In this document: in pieces, positions 50,301-62,380 of the stretch
Position numbering within the stretch: the stretch's first letter is position 1
Layout: every line of letters begins with the position of its first letter
From: Podarcis muralis
Lineage: Eukaryota
Assembly (NCBI RefSeq): GCF_964188315.1
Contig: NC_135670.1
Location: 16,802,001-16,866,000, forward strand
Direction of reading: 5' to 3'
DNA length: 64,000 nucleotides
Translations under genes and position numbers: made by a program
Notes under the pieces: generated by a model
What the model saw: the letters and a program-made list of their open reading frames with translations, nothing else
Databases searched by the model: none
What the model was told of the DNA's origin: nothing

Positions 50301-53098
50301 GCGATTTTTTTTAAGGTGGGGAAGAGCCAGCCACACCACCTTGAGCTTATCAGATAAAAGTTTGGGATAAAAAGTACTAAAAAGTAAATATTCTGCCCAG
50401 CAGCATCCCAGGCCTTTCATGTTGATAGCTAAGATGAACAAGACTCTGGAGAAATGATGAGGAACCTGGGACTCTCACTGGGGACACCAACCCCATCTCC
50501 ATTCCATCCTCTGCATCTCAACAGACGAGGCTTTTGCCCTTAAAAATGATTCCTAAATTCATGAGGACTAGACACTCTCACCTTTTATGTAAACAGCTTA
50601 CAGATTTATTTATTTTTACATCAAGTGCTCTCAATAAAAGAAGTTGCCAGAAACACATAGGAAGCAACTCAAGGTTACTATTGCCAGAGTTTAAAAATCA
50701 CTCCTCCCTCACGTACTCTGGTCTCCAAAAAGCAACCAGAGAGTAACAACCTGCCGCTGTTGAAGTCTGGCTTTCATCAAGGAGCAAATCAACCCTCAAG
50801 GGATCAAGAGGCGAGAAGCTCTGTGGTGCATAGAATCCAATGCCTTTCTACTGTGGCAAAGGGCTACAGCAAAGTTGTGATTTCTACATTGTAGGGAGTT
50901 GGACTAGACACTCCTTTGGGTCCCTTCCAGCCCTACAATTCTAAAAGACCACCTGCTGTGCATGCTGAAGTTCAATCCCCCCAGCTTTTCCAATTAAGGA
51001 AGATCTCTGGTAGCAGGACTGGGAAAGATCCTCCTTTGCCAGAGACCCTGAAGGACAACTACCAGTCAGGGGCAGGTGGACTAGGTGGAACAACTGGTCC
51101 AACTCTGTCTAAGGCAGCTTCTGGTGCTCATCCAGTTCTCTGGATTTGGCTGGGAAACAGACATTCAGGAACAGAGCCATCAAGCAGATGTGGCTAGTGA
51201 GGCCTGCCTGTAGGGAAGAAGACACAGAAATTGTCCAAAAAGCTGGGTCTGGATTTCTTTTGAGGTCCCAAATGCCTGCATTAAATGCTGAGGGCAGGAA
51301 TGCCCAGAACACAAATGGAGGGCACTGACGGAGACTAGCGTGACAAAGGCTCCTGACACCTATCTGGCCGCAAAGTCTCACCAGATTTGTGTTGGTGGGA
51401 AGGGACGTGCTCTGCGCTGCTGTGGGCTCGCGGCGTCACGTAGCGGATGGAAGTCTCTTCTAGGTACTTGTCTACAAGATCCGGGCACACTGCGGAAGAA
51501 AAAAGGGGCATGTTAATTGGTGAGGTGGTCAACAAGAGGAAGTTTACCTATGAGATCACCTTTCACTATATATGTGCACCCACTCAACTGCTTCAGTCTA
51601 CAGAATTGGCACTGTTACAGGTGCTACATGATGCCTGTTCTGCATCTGTAAGAAATTGATCTGCTGTGGCAGAACCCCCACTTTGGAACTCCCTGCCTAT
51701 TGGCATCAGGTAAGAGCTGTTACTGTACTCTTTTCAGAGCATGTTTTTTGTTTAGACAAGCCTACCCAGATACTGTGGAATGCTGACATGTGTTTTAATC
51801 TGTTTTTAGTTTATTGCTCTTTTTTATTATTTTTTAAAATAGTTGTTTTTAACTGTTTTGACTGATAATTTGGCACCCGAGTCTTGCCCACCACTCTTCA
51901 TTCTTCTCAGGAGGCTAATGGTTTTAAAATCCTTGACACTGTTTTTCTACCAAAGGGCTTTATAATTATAATAACTATTACTACAAGCAGCGACCATTTT
52001 AGGCACATCCAAATGACGGGCGATTGCCAATGCGCAGGTCCTTTTGTACCTGGAAGAAGCAAGAACGGGAGTGGAATGGGGGGGGGGGCGGAATGGGGCA
52101 CGCTTTTGCATTCTCTGCTACTGTGTGCAGGGGCTGGGAACCCCCATGCAAAATGGTCTTTGCCTGCACTACTATTGCTACTTGAGGAATATAATTAAAT
52201 ACTGTGGTTAAAAGGGACAAAAAATACAAATAAAAAGATATGATGGGAGTTCAAATAGGCAATAAAAAGCTAACTGGTATTTAAAGAAGGAAGAAGTGTC
52301 CTCAGTCTGGATAAATACTATCAATACAGTTATGTAAGGTGACAAGGTGAGAGAATCCAGGGAGGGGAGGAGAAAAGTAGGCCAAAGTTTCAGACGGGCT
52401 TTGTGATTGGTGGTGGAAAGAGGGAGGTGCGGCAAGGGATCTGAGAGATAACCTCATGAGATCTACTACCATGTCATTTCACACCCTCTCCTTTTCACTC
52501 ACACCCCCTAATTCAGCACTACTCAGCGCTACTTCTAAAAAAGACCAGGGCTTGTAGAAACTGCTGCAGAGCTATAACATGACCAGTTATTTCAAACACT
52601 TGGCTGTTTCTGACAATGCCTGACGCTCCCTGACTGAATCCTTTTAGATTGGTTGAAGACCCAGCTGTAGGCTTGCAACTGGTTCACCGTTGGGATAAAG
52701 GGTATGCGTGTGCGTCGGCAGATGGGCTACATGCAGCCTGCTGTAGAAGACCCCCGAACTAGAGAGGACCTACCGGCCTTCCTCCTCTTTAAAGTGACAT
52801 AGGGCAACAGGTCGTGGCGGGTGATGATCCGCAGAAGCTGAAGCACCTGGCGGAAGTTGGTTTCGTCGCAGCGGCCCTGCCTCTCCAGCGCCAGGAGGAA
52901 GTCCCGCCCACTGCGGATCATCCCCCTTTCGTAGTCGTCAATGACATCCACAAAGAGGAAGGACAAGACCCGGACGTCGCGGTGGGTCAGGTGGGTGCCC
53001 ACGATGTCAAACATGCGGTGCAAGCTATAGAGCCCGTGCTCCCGGTCGCCCTCCTCTTCTGGCCAGGCCTGCCGGCGGCTCCGTTTGAAGGCGGCCAT
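47323..53098 (-). CDS. DEDD: Death effector domain-containing protein DEDD, complete, 4 coding exons, 318 aa
   Basis: Coding exons (minus) 52774-53098, 51382-51489, 48604-48750, 47323-47699 (957 nt), GT-AG. Contains HGLYSLHRMFDIVGTHLTHRDVRVLSFLFVDVI, the basic stretch QRKRRKS and DIRLRVRAEYCQHE through RQKLLRNLMLQTAP*. Confidence 0.97.
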
Positions 53099-54411
53099 CT
53101 CGAGCGACTGCGGGGCCTGCTCGGGGCCGCCCAGTTTCCACGGGGTTCGAGGGGGGTGGGGTGGCTCCTAAAAGTGGGACACTGAAAAAAAAAAAGAGAA
53201 AGACAAGATCTCTTCAGAGCTCTGATCACTGAAAGGTAGGGAAGGTGTATGTCTACACACAGCAGTATTTTATGCTGCAAACCCATCTGAGATACCTCTC
53301 CCATGCTCTTCATGCAGGTACAGGAGTGGAGCGAATGAGAGAGATTTCTTCCCCCAGGAGATTAAAATTCCTGACACACTGACAGTATTACTTTTCAGAA
53401 TAACGTTAAGAACAGCTTGCTGGATCAGGCCAATGGCCCATCTAGTTCAGCATCCTGTTCTCACGGTGGCCAACCGGATGCCTCGGTGGGAATCCCCCAA
53501 GTGGGATCTGAGCACAACAGAGCTCTCTCTCCTGTGGCTTCCAGCAACTGGTATTCAGAAGAATTGCTGCCTCCGATCATGGAGGCAGAGCAGAGTCATC
53601 GTGGCTAGTAACCACTTATCCCCAAAGTTGGCATTTTCATTGCACTTTTGTGCACCCGTAAAACAGGGCTGGGGAACTTTTGGCTCTCCAGATGTTGCTT
53701 GAACTGCAACTTCCACCAGCCCTAGCAAGCATGGCCAATGGTCAGGCATGGCTGGAGCTGTAGTTCAGCAGTATTTGGAGGATCAGAGGTTCCCCACACC
53801 TGCATTAAATGCACATTAGTTTTATTAGATGTGACTATTTTAGTTCTGGGAAGCTATTGCAACATGGAATGCAAAATAAAATATTGTAGATGGGCAGTCT
53901 TTCCTGCTAACAGTGTGCTAAGCTTTCATTTGTGAACCAATTGCATCAAAACTGAGTACATGTTTACCCCCAAAATCCCACACCATTGATCCCATACCAT
54001 TACCCCCCAAAAGGTCTCTGTGAGGTTGGCTAGGCTAAAAGACAGAGGCTTCTTCTCAGTGAGTTGCAGAGGGCTGATTTACAATAAATCCTTTGGTTGC
54101 TTTTTTAAAAAGAATGAAATTCTCCAAGCCCCATTTACATGGGTGTCGTAAGAAGTGCCTGACCATGACAGTTTTTATACTTGCATAGGTGGCATACATT
54201 ATCACAAGGGGATGTTTATAGATGGTAGAAACTCCTGAGAGAGAAAAGACAAAAGCTCTGCCTGCCCAGTTTCAGGTCATATGCAATTCTGTCTTCATCC
54301 CATGATGCAAACTGAAAGTAAGGGACCTATAACTTTCTTATCTCTTTTTCCTGGAGTGGCATGGGGAGCAGTCATCACCATTTAGAACAGCAACTAAATG
54401 CTATATATATT

Positions 54412-54560
54412 AGAATCAGAGAATTGAAGATTTGGAAGGGAACACAATGGTCTTCTAGTCAAACCCCCGGCAATGCAGGAATCTTTTGCTCTACGTGGGA
54501 TTCGAAGCCATAACCCTGAGATTAAGAGCATCACGCACTACCAACTGAGCTATCTCAGTA
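54412..54560 (-). mobile_element. tRNA-Lys(CTT)-headed SINE with CR1-derived tail
   Basis: Minus strand TAGCTCAGTTGGTAG...CTCTTAATCTCAGGGTTATGGCTTCGAATCCCACG followed by AAAAGATTCCTGCATTGC...TTCCAAATCTTCAATTCTCTGATTCT. Confidence 0.8.
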
Positions 54561-56258
54561 AATATATATATATTTAAATTGTGCTGTCCAGATCAGCAAC
54601 CTTATGCTTCACCAGTAAACTAACTTGGGCTTCCTAGAGCTCTACAGTCAATGCTGACATTTGGAGAAAGCAAGCAGCAGCAGCACACACTTCTCCCAAC
54701 CTATGCAAAAGGATCTTGTTGGTTCTTACCTTATCCATTCCCCTGTGCAACTGAGAGGGGACTTTGCTTCTCTCCTAGGCCCTCTGCAAGTCTGTGGCCC
54801 AGGGGAGGGGAAATGAGTTGGTAGCAAACCACAAAGAACAGCTGGCTAGAGTAAGCTAAACTGACATGCATGCACACTAGATCTCGACCTCTGATCTGAG
54901 AGATTCCATCTCTCAAAGCCCTTTAATACAACCACTGGCATGAACTAGAACCCGTACTCTACCCACAAGCTTCTTTTAAAATGCCATGGCATGAAATGTG
55001 TGAAAATGCACTTTGATTTCCTACCTACCTCAACTCCAAGGGGAGCCAGCAGTTGGTTCAAAAGTTAAGCAGGCTGTCTCCCATAAGGGATCCGCTGCAT
55101 GAACCCTGCAACTATAGACCTCCCCCGACGCCCATTCTCTGCTCCCATTTCAGACCCTGTCCTACTTCACTTTCAGCACAACTTCCTGATTCAGTCCCTG
55201 ATCCCAGATTATCTCCATTTACTGCCACACGCCATGCCTCTGACCCTTCAAGACAGCTGACCTAGTTCATGGCTTTTCCATGGCTCAATGGCTTCCACAC
55301 GCTTGTGTGTGTCTTTTGGGAAAGCAGTCACTCAACACAATGAAAGAGGATCCCTCAAAACTCACAGAAAGGACGCTCCGTTAATTTGGCTGCTATACAG
55401 CAGAAGCGGGCTGTTAAGAGATAAAGTTTGCTTGTTTCTCTAAATCTGATCCAAAAATGAGGTCCTTGTATTTTGTCCTGGCACTGCCACCGTAATGTCA
55501 TCCGATTAGAAAAGTATAGTTTCACAATGCATGATTATGCTTAATAAGCTGGGCAATAGTATTTCTTTTCAAAGCTATCACTGACAGCCTGAAATCCATG
55601 AACTCTGGCAAGCGGGAACCCCAGGCCACAAAGACAACTTGCCTTCCTGATTTTGTTATTAAAAAAATCACCCCCAGAATTGCTCCACACATTATAACAA
55701 CAAACCAGGGGCTCTTCCACATGTACATTCCACTACTAAGCCTCAACCTCCCCACCTACAATATTTTTTTCTTTTCTGGGGGTGGGGATCACACTGGCCT
55801 GCCTTACAGTACCTATTGCAATGATTACTGAGAGAATGCACTTGAACCTTCAAGTCACTCTCCCACAGACAATGCACCAGCAGCCTCAGTGTAGCATGCA
55901 CTCCACCCAAAGCTGACTTGTACAAAAGCCGGACTGCTGGACAATCTGGATGACCTCCTCTCACAGGCAGCAGCTCCCAAGGTGTGGGGCAGAGGCGGCC
56001 TTCCCAGCCCCACTATTAAGGAGTATTTCAGCTAACTCTGAACCTGGGGCCTTCTGCATACAACTGAGGTCTACAATTCTTCCTGCTGAAGTTCACCGTA
56101 CTCCTGGCGAGGGCACCAATTCAAATCATACATAATGAATGCTGAAGGAGAGGTGTATGGGATGAAGAGAGAGAGAGTTGCCAACAGGCCACAGCTGAAT
56201 CCATAACTGAGCTCTTAACTACAAACTCTTTTTCTGAAAAATCACATACACCATAAGG

Positions 56259-56394
56259 CAGTGTTTCCCAACCTTGGGCCTCCAGCTGTTTTTGAACTAC
56301 AATTCCCATCATCCCTGACCACTGATCTTGCTAGCTAGGGATGATGGGAGTTGTAGTCCAAAAACAGCTGGAGGCCCAAGGTTGGGAAACACTG
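56259..56394. mobile_element. 136-bp near-perfect palindromic hAT MITE
   Basis: TIR CAGTGTTTCCCAACCTTGGGCCTCCAGCTGTTTTTG with a perfect 8-bp TSD CCATAAGG at 56251-56258 and 56395-56402. Confidence 0.92.
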
Positions 56395-58559
56395 CCATAA
56401 GGACATTCTAACTGACTGCTCTAGGATTATCTCAAAAGTCACAGAAAACAAAACAAGGGAGAGGAGCCACACATTGTGCCCTGACCCGATACGCCCCTAA
56501 ATCCTTGTTTGAATTTGTCCAAGAAGCAAACAACAGCTATGTTTCATTTGCACCAACCAGCATCCCCCATTCTAGTTGAGAGCTCATTTACAGTGCTGTC
56601 AAGAATCACTCTCTGGAAGGAGGTTTCTTCCTTCCAGCCACTAATTCCTGGACAGCTCCAGAAACTCGGTCAAGCTCCACACTAAAGGGCAGGTCAATCA
56701 ACAGGAAGGCAGTTAGCCAACCACTGCCCTGCTCTACTTATGTTAATAAGCACCATGAAGAGCAACGGAAGGGAATGAATCACCACCAGGCATGTCACTG
56801 CAGAGTTTGGCACAAGTTATCACCCAACAACATACCGTACCTTATGTCTTCTTGTTTTCTGGAGGTTCCCTCTTTGCCGCGTTTAGATCCAGTCCTGCAC
56901 AGCTGGCGGGGCACAGAGGCCAAATGTGAACATACGAAGTCTCTAGTCCACTTTGCTTTACTTTTTTAAAATTAAAAAAAGACAGACCAAAAAGAAACAA
57001 AAAACTTGGCAAATGGATTTCATATATGGCTCACGGGAGGACAGGACAACTTTTTTCTCCTAAAGTTAAAATTCTCACTACATGATTCTAGAGCCCCCAG
57101 TTTCCAAACCCTCTCCATCTCTCTTTGGCTTTAAAAAGAAATTCCACATAGGAAAAGTCCCAAAACCATCCAGTAAATTCTGGGGGCATTGATTTATTTT
57201 CTTTTGTTCTATCTTAACTTCTAGCAAGAAGACCTTTCCTAGCACTCAAATACATATACAGAGTCACCAGATTAGCGAGGCTAATAAAAAATAAAAATAA
57301 AACACAAACTTATTGTATGCTTAACTTTCAGCTGTAGTACACTATAAAAATATTTCATGGCTAATATTTAGTACTTCTCTCACGTACACACACAATTCTA
57401 CTTCATCCAGCAGATTAGAGTCCTCGCTTCCCCCCAAAGCAGAAAAGTTATTGATCAGTTCTTAACTTTTCATATCTTAAAAACCTAATTCGAAAGAAAT
57501 AAACCTCCTGAATAAGAGCAAAACACATAGCTAGCTCAATATAGGATTCATCAGGAACCCCTAGCATATTAATGCTCAATATAAATACCTACAACTGGTT
57601 TCTCTCTCTTATTTTCATCAAGCAATTAAGAACTAAATTCATTCTTTGATCTACAGTACATTAATATGTATCCCCTTTGTTCAAAAGCAAGGAAATCTAG
57701 GCTTGTTTATTTGAAACACAAAGGTGAATATTTTTAATCTCACACAGAGCGCCTTGCTTTTAAGTCAAAAAACCCGGCCCACACCGTGCCACATCCACCT
57801 CCTCTTTTCCTGTTACCTTATTATTCCTTCCTCTGCTGCCCCTTCTGCTTAATGATGAATGGGGGGGAAATTAAAACAAAAATAAGGACTGACAAGGTAA
57901 AATGTCACAAGCGTGTTAAGAACCACCAACGCGTGAGCTGGGTTTCCTGGGGCCAGGTCCACTACCTCCTACAACTGCCCTCTCCCCTGTCAACCCATCA
58001 ATCTCTCAGAACCCTGTGCCCCCCAAATGTTTCCCATTATCCCCCCCCCAAGAAAAGTCCAGGGGAAACTGAGTTGGTGGGGCAAATGCTTTAAAGGGCC
58101 TCCCCTGTCCCTCCAACCTTTGCCAAACTCCCCAGCTCCCCTCAAATAAGACAGGAGAGGTTAAACTTCAAGGGGGCGAGGAAATAAAAGGGGTGGGTTT
58201 CTACTCCCCCCCCCCTTACCTATTAATAAATTCCTCATCAACTGCTCCTGCTCACCCCTAAACCACCACCTTACTCAGCCCTACCTAACGGGCAACTGGG
58301 GAGGGGGGGAATACTTTAAGAGGGTAGTTTTAAATCAAAGGGAGGCGGGGGGGGCTTGTATTTCTCCCCACCCCACCCCCACCTTCCTCCCTCTGGCTGA
58401 TGGGGGTGGGCCCTTCCGCAGCTGGGGTGGGGGGTGGGAGTGGCCCTTCCCTTCTCCCCACCAGTGAAGGGTTCCCTCTTCCCCAGCCTGTGACCAAACG
58501 GGGTGGTGGTGGTGTCTCCTCCTCCCCCTCCCCAAAATAGGCCTCAGGGTCCTGCCCCC

Positions 58560-59100
58560 CCCCTTCCCTGCTCAGGGCCTGGGCCGGCTGTCTAGGCCTC
58601 TCACTCTCTCCTCAGGGCCATCAGGGCAGCCATATTGGATCCATCCGCTCCTCTCCAATCTCTCTTCCTCCTCCTCCCCCCGCCCGGCCGGTTCTGACCC
58701 GAGCCTCGGCCGCGGCTGGAACGAGAGGAACATCCGGGCAACCGGCGCCTCCCTCCTGCCGAAGCAGGGCTGCCCACATCCGGGCATCACCCGACCTAGC
58801 GACCTACTTCCTCCCGGTTGGGGTGGGAGGCGGCGAAGCTGCCGCCGCCATCTTTCGTGATGGATAATAACCTAAAGGCAACCATATTTGTTACGGGCGA
58901 AAGGGGACGGAGTGAAGCTGCCCGCGCCATCTTTTGTGATGGATAGTAACGCTTTCAAATAATAATGGTAAAAAGAGCGTGGGGCGGCCATGTCTGTTAA
59001 GGGCGACTAGGATGGCTTCACTGCTAATAGAAATAATGGGCGTTCGAAGCAAAATCGGGTGTGGAAACGGGCGGAGAGGAAAAAGAAGAACGATTAAATC
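58560..59100 (-). promoter_or_regulatory. CpG island / promoter and probable non-coding exon 1 of DEDD
   Basis: CpG-rich island upstream of DEDD with four YY1-core-type motifs at 58847-59004 and a candidate donor GG|GTGATG at 58791/58790. Confidence 0.65.
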
Positions 59101-61859
59101 CAAGAGGGGTGGGAAAGTGGATGTTTAAATGGAGGACGGTTTAAAGACAAAGCGGAAAATAATAAAAAAATGTGTCCGTGGTGGGGGTGGGGAGGGAAGG
59201 AGAAGAATTCAGCGCCAGCCCCGATTTCCTTTTGGTCCTAGGATAAAGAATGGTGAACAGAGTGCCTCTGAGCTGGTACAGAGTGCAAATAAATGCACCA
59301 CAGGATGCTCGAAAGTCGGTTTGTTTAAAAAAGAAGTGAGCCCTCAGGGAAAACTTAACACTCCCAACATTTCACAGATGAAAACAGATGGTGCTTGTAG
59401 CACTATGTTTCGTTACTATTACAGTATTATTAATTACTCGCCTTTCACACTAAGGACCCAGGACAGGTTATAACAATTAAAACGTAATATTAAAAACAGT
59501 CCAAAACAACTTAAAACGGTTGTTATTCTTATATTTTCAGGATATTATGTTAATAAGTGACTAAAGTGCCTCTCATCCATAGAGCAGAAAAATAAAGCAT
59601 AACCAGTAAAACGCCTGGAAGACACAAGTCTTTACCTGGTGTCTGAAAACTGTTAACGATGGTGCCTGCCACTGAGGCAAGCATTCCAGGGATAGGAAGC
59701 ACCAGCTTAAAAATACTTAGCAATTTGTTAGTTCCACCTCCTCTACTATTACACATTGGTGGAGAGTATTTTCTGCCTGCTGTATCAATTTACTCTGCAG
59801 CAACTTACAGAGCTAAGAAGATTTGTTGCTTAATGTTAAAGATATACTAGCAATTTATCCTTTAAAATTTGACAAGGCAACGCCAAGGGGCAAAAAATGA
59901 TAAATGCCAGAAAATGTGACAGCAGGCATGTATTGGGGAGGCAACTCTATATCAATTTGACACTTGGAAATATCCTAGAGCTGTATGTGTGGCCACAGGT
60001 AAGAGAACACAGACAATTGCTATTAATACCTGTGTCCAAATTTTCCTATGGCAGTGACAAGCTGTAGTGAAGTTTTTTTTCATAAATTTGACGATCCTTA
60101 AGATTCTAAGCAGAAGTCCAAAACCATCTGTGAGGTTACAGGGAAATGCTGATTTTTTTTTTTTTAAAAAGGATTACGGTAACTTTCTCAGCCGTCCCTA
60201 CTTATGAATAAGCCTTGTCATTGCAAACCAAACATATAGTTAAATTTTCTAAAGATCACAAGGAACTTAGAGAAAGACAGGCAGCTAAATTGAAAGGGCA
60301 ACACTACTGGAGATTGTGTTCTTTAATTACAGTATATCATATTCACTAGAAACAACAGCTGTAAAGGAAAAAATAGATAATATGCTATTGGTTGTACTTA
60401 AGTGACCCATCATCTTAAACATGAAAATGGCTTAGCAACATGAGAAACTGCCTTGTATGGAGTCAGACTTAGCTCAGTATTCACTGACTGGCAGCAGCAC
60501 TCCAAGGTTTCAGAGATTCCCTACAGATGCAGATCCTCCAAGTGTCCCTATTTTTAGAGAAGCTGTCTCGGTTTCTGATTTGATCCTGGAATGTCCCCCT
60601 TTTTCTCAGGATGTCCCATTTTTACTGGAGAAATGTAAGAGGCTATGGTGTTGTCTGACCCCAAGCCATCTGAAGGCAATCTTGTATAGGGAAGTTTTTG
60701 TTAATGTCTAATGTTTTATTATGTTTTTATATATGTTGGAAGCTGCTAAGAGTGGCTGGGGCAACCCAGTAAGATGTGTCAGGTATAAATAGTAAAATTA
60801 TCATTATGGAATGGGACACACCTGTTTTCATTGGAGAAATGTTGGAGGGTATGCAGATGTCAGGGATTGAATTTGGAGCATCTGCTTTGCATACAAAAGG
60901 TTCCAACTATGAGCAACAGCCCTTACATTTGAAATGCTTATGGTATGAACTTCCATCAAAATATGCTGGTATCGGGGTGGGTCCCAACCCCATTATTGCA
61001 TTTTAAGTTTCTAAAATAAGGAATCAAGCACTATTCACCCTCTAAAAATGATAAAAGAAAGGAGTGATAATCTGAAACAGAAATTTTGCTTTCTCAAGTA
61101 AAGAAAGGCTGACACAAGAGACAGACACTATTCTGGTGATTATTGAAAGATTAACTGCATTTATTTGTATTCTTAGCTGAAGCCACTTGCAGAATAGCTG
61201 TTAAGTATGTTAACTCACAAATACATCCTACAATGTCTCAGTAAAGCATGCACAGGAGTGCAGCTGGGAAAGGCAATCATAAACTCAGAAGTCCTGCCAA
61301 TTCCATTAGCAGTCATGCTCTGATACACAGTGTGTAGGACAGTTTAGGACTGGTTTTTGTTGAGCAGCTCAGATTTAAAAAAAAAAAACCAACGAAGAAA
61401 CAAATGTGGTCAAAATGTCAAAAGCTTAATTGCAGCCTCCCATTTTAAATGTGGAGAAAAGATTATGGAGGATATTATGTTAAACACGCAAACAAGTAGC
61501 AGTTATACAAATTATGCTAGGATCCCCCTTCCCCTTGTTAAGATTTTAAAAGCCCCTTGCAGTTTGATTTAAAACAGTTGCCTTTTCCGGAGTTTTCAGG
61601 CCACATATCAACAAAAAATTAAGATGGAGATAGTAGACAGGTTTCTGCAACACGCAATGAGGATTCGTGAATGCTGTGTTACAGAAGTGTTAGATGCAGG
61701 ATTTTTCTTTTATTGAACCCTATTGGAATCTTGTACACAATAAAGGTTTGAGAATAGGGATATCAACAAATAATGATTTTTAGAACGCTGCTGTTAACAG
61801 CAAATGAACCCACACCTTGGCACCCGACTAAACAAGCCTTCTTGACCCATCTCCGGAAC

Positions 61860-62016
61860 TCTCTGCTCTCGCCCAAAGCCAGCGCCGGGTGCCTATTCAC
61901 GTCGGCCCGGAAGCACCGCGTTTAACCCGGAAGTGGAGCGCCGGTAACCAGGAAGTGCCACTCACCTGAGCCTCTGGCTCGCAGAGACGCCATTTTCTCA
62001 GCGTCCAGCCGCGTCC
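61860..62016 (+). promoter_or_regulatory. SART1 CpG-island promoter
   Basis: Three ETS-type GGAAG motifs (CCGGAAGC, CCGGAAGTG, CAGGAAGTG) and YY1-type CGCCATTTT directly upstream of the ATG at 62017. Confidence 0.65.
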
Positions 62017-62380
62017 ATGGGTTCGTCGAAGCGGCACCGGGAGCGGGGCGAGACCTCCGAAGAACCTCCGCCTCCTGCCTCCGGCACCGGTGGCACCGGG
62101 ACCTCGTCGTCGTCCCGCCACCGCGAGCACAAGAAGCACAAGCATCGGAGCAGCGGCGGCAGCAACAACAACGGGAGCGAGCGGCGGAGCAAGCGGAGCC
62201 GGAGCCGGGGCGAGCGGAGCAGCCGGCGGACCGGCGGGGATGAGGCGGCCACCGCTACCGCCTCCTCCTCCTCTTCCCGGGGAAGCCGTGCTGCCGCTAG
62301 CGGGAGCCAGGAAGGCGAGGCGGGGAGGCGGATCAAGCGGGAGAAGCGCGACGAAGGATATGAAGCCGCCCAAAGCTCAG
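62017..62380 (+). CDS. SART1: U4/U6.U5 tri-snRNP-associated protein 1, exon 1 only; gene continues beyond the window
   Basis: MGSSKRHRE...RHREHKKHKHRS...RRIKREKRDEGYEAA matches the SART1 N-terminus as recalled (human MGSSKKHR...RHREHKKHKHRS...RRVKREKRDDGYEAA). Donor CTCAG|GTGGGG at 62380. The conserved exon 2 peptide (SSLSIEETNK) was not found before 64000. Confidence 0.86.

Noticed and set aside
54488-54560. tRNA-Lys(CTT) gene (also 28685-28745)
   Set aside because: The acceptor stem cannot pair and the sequence runs straight into a CR1 tail, so it is a SINE head.
57326-57412. Box C/D snoRNA in the DEDD intron (minus strand)
   Set aside because: Only GGATGA...CTGA is present, with no full RTGATGA box C and no terminal stem.
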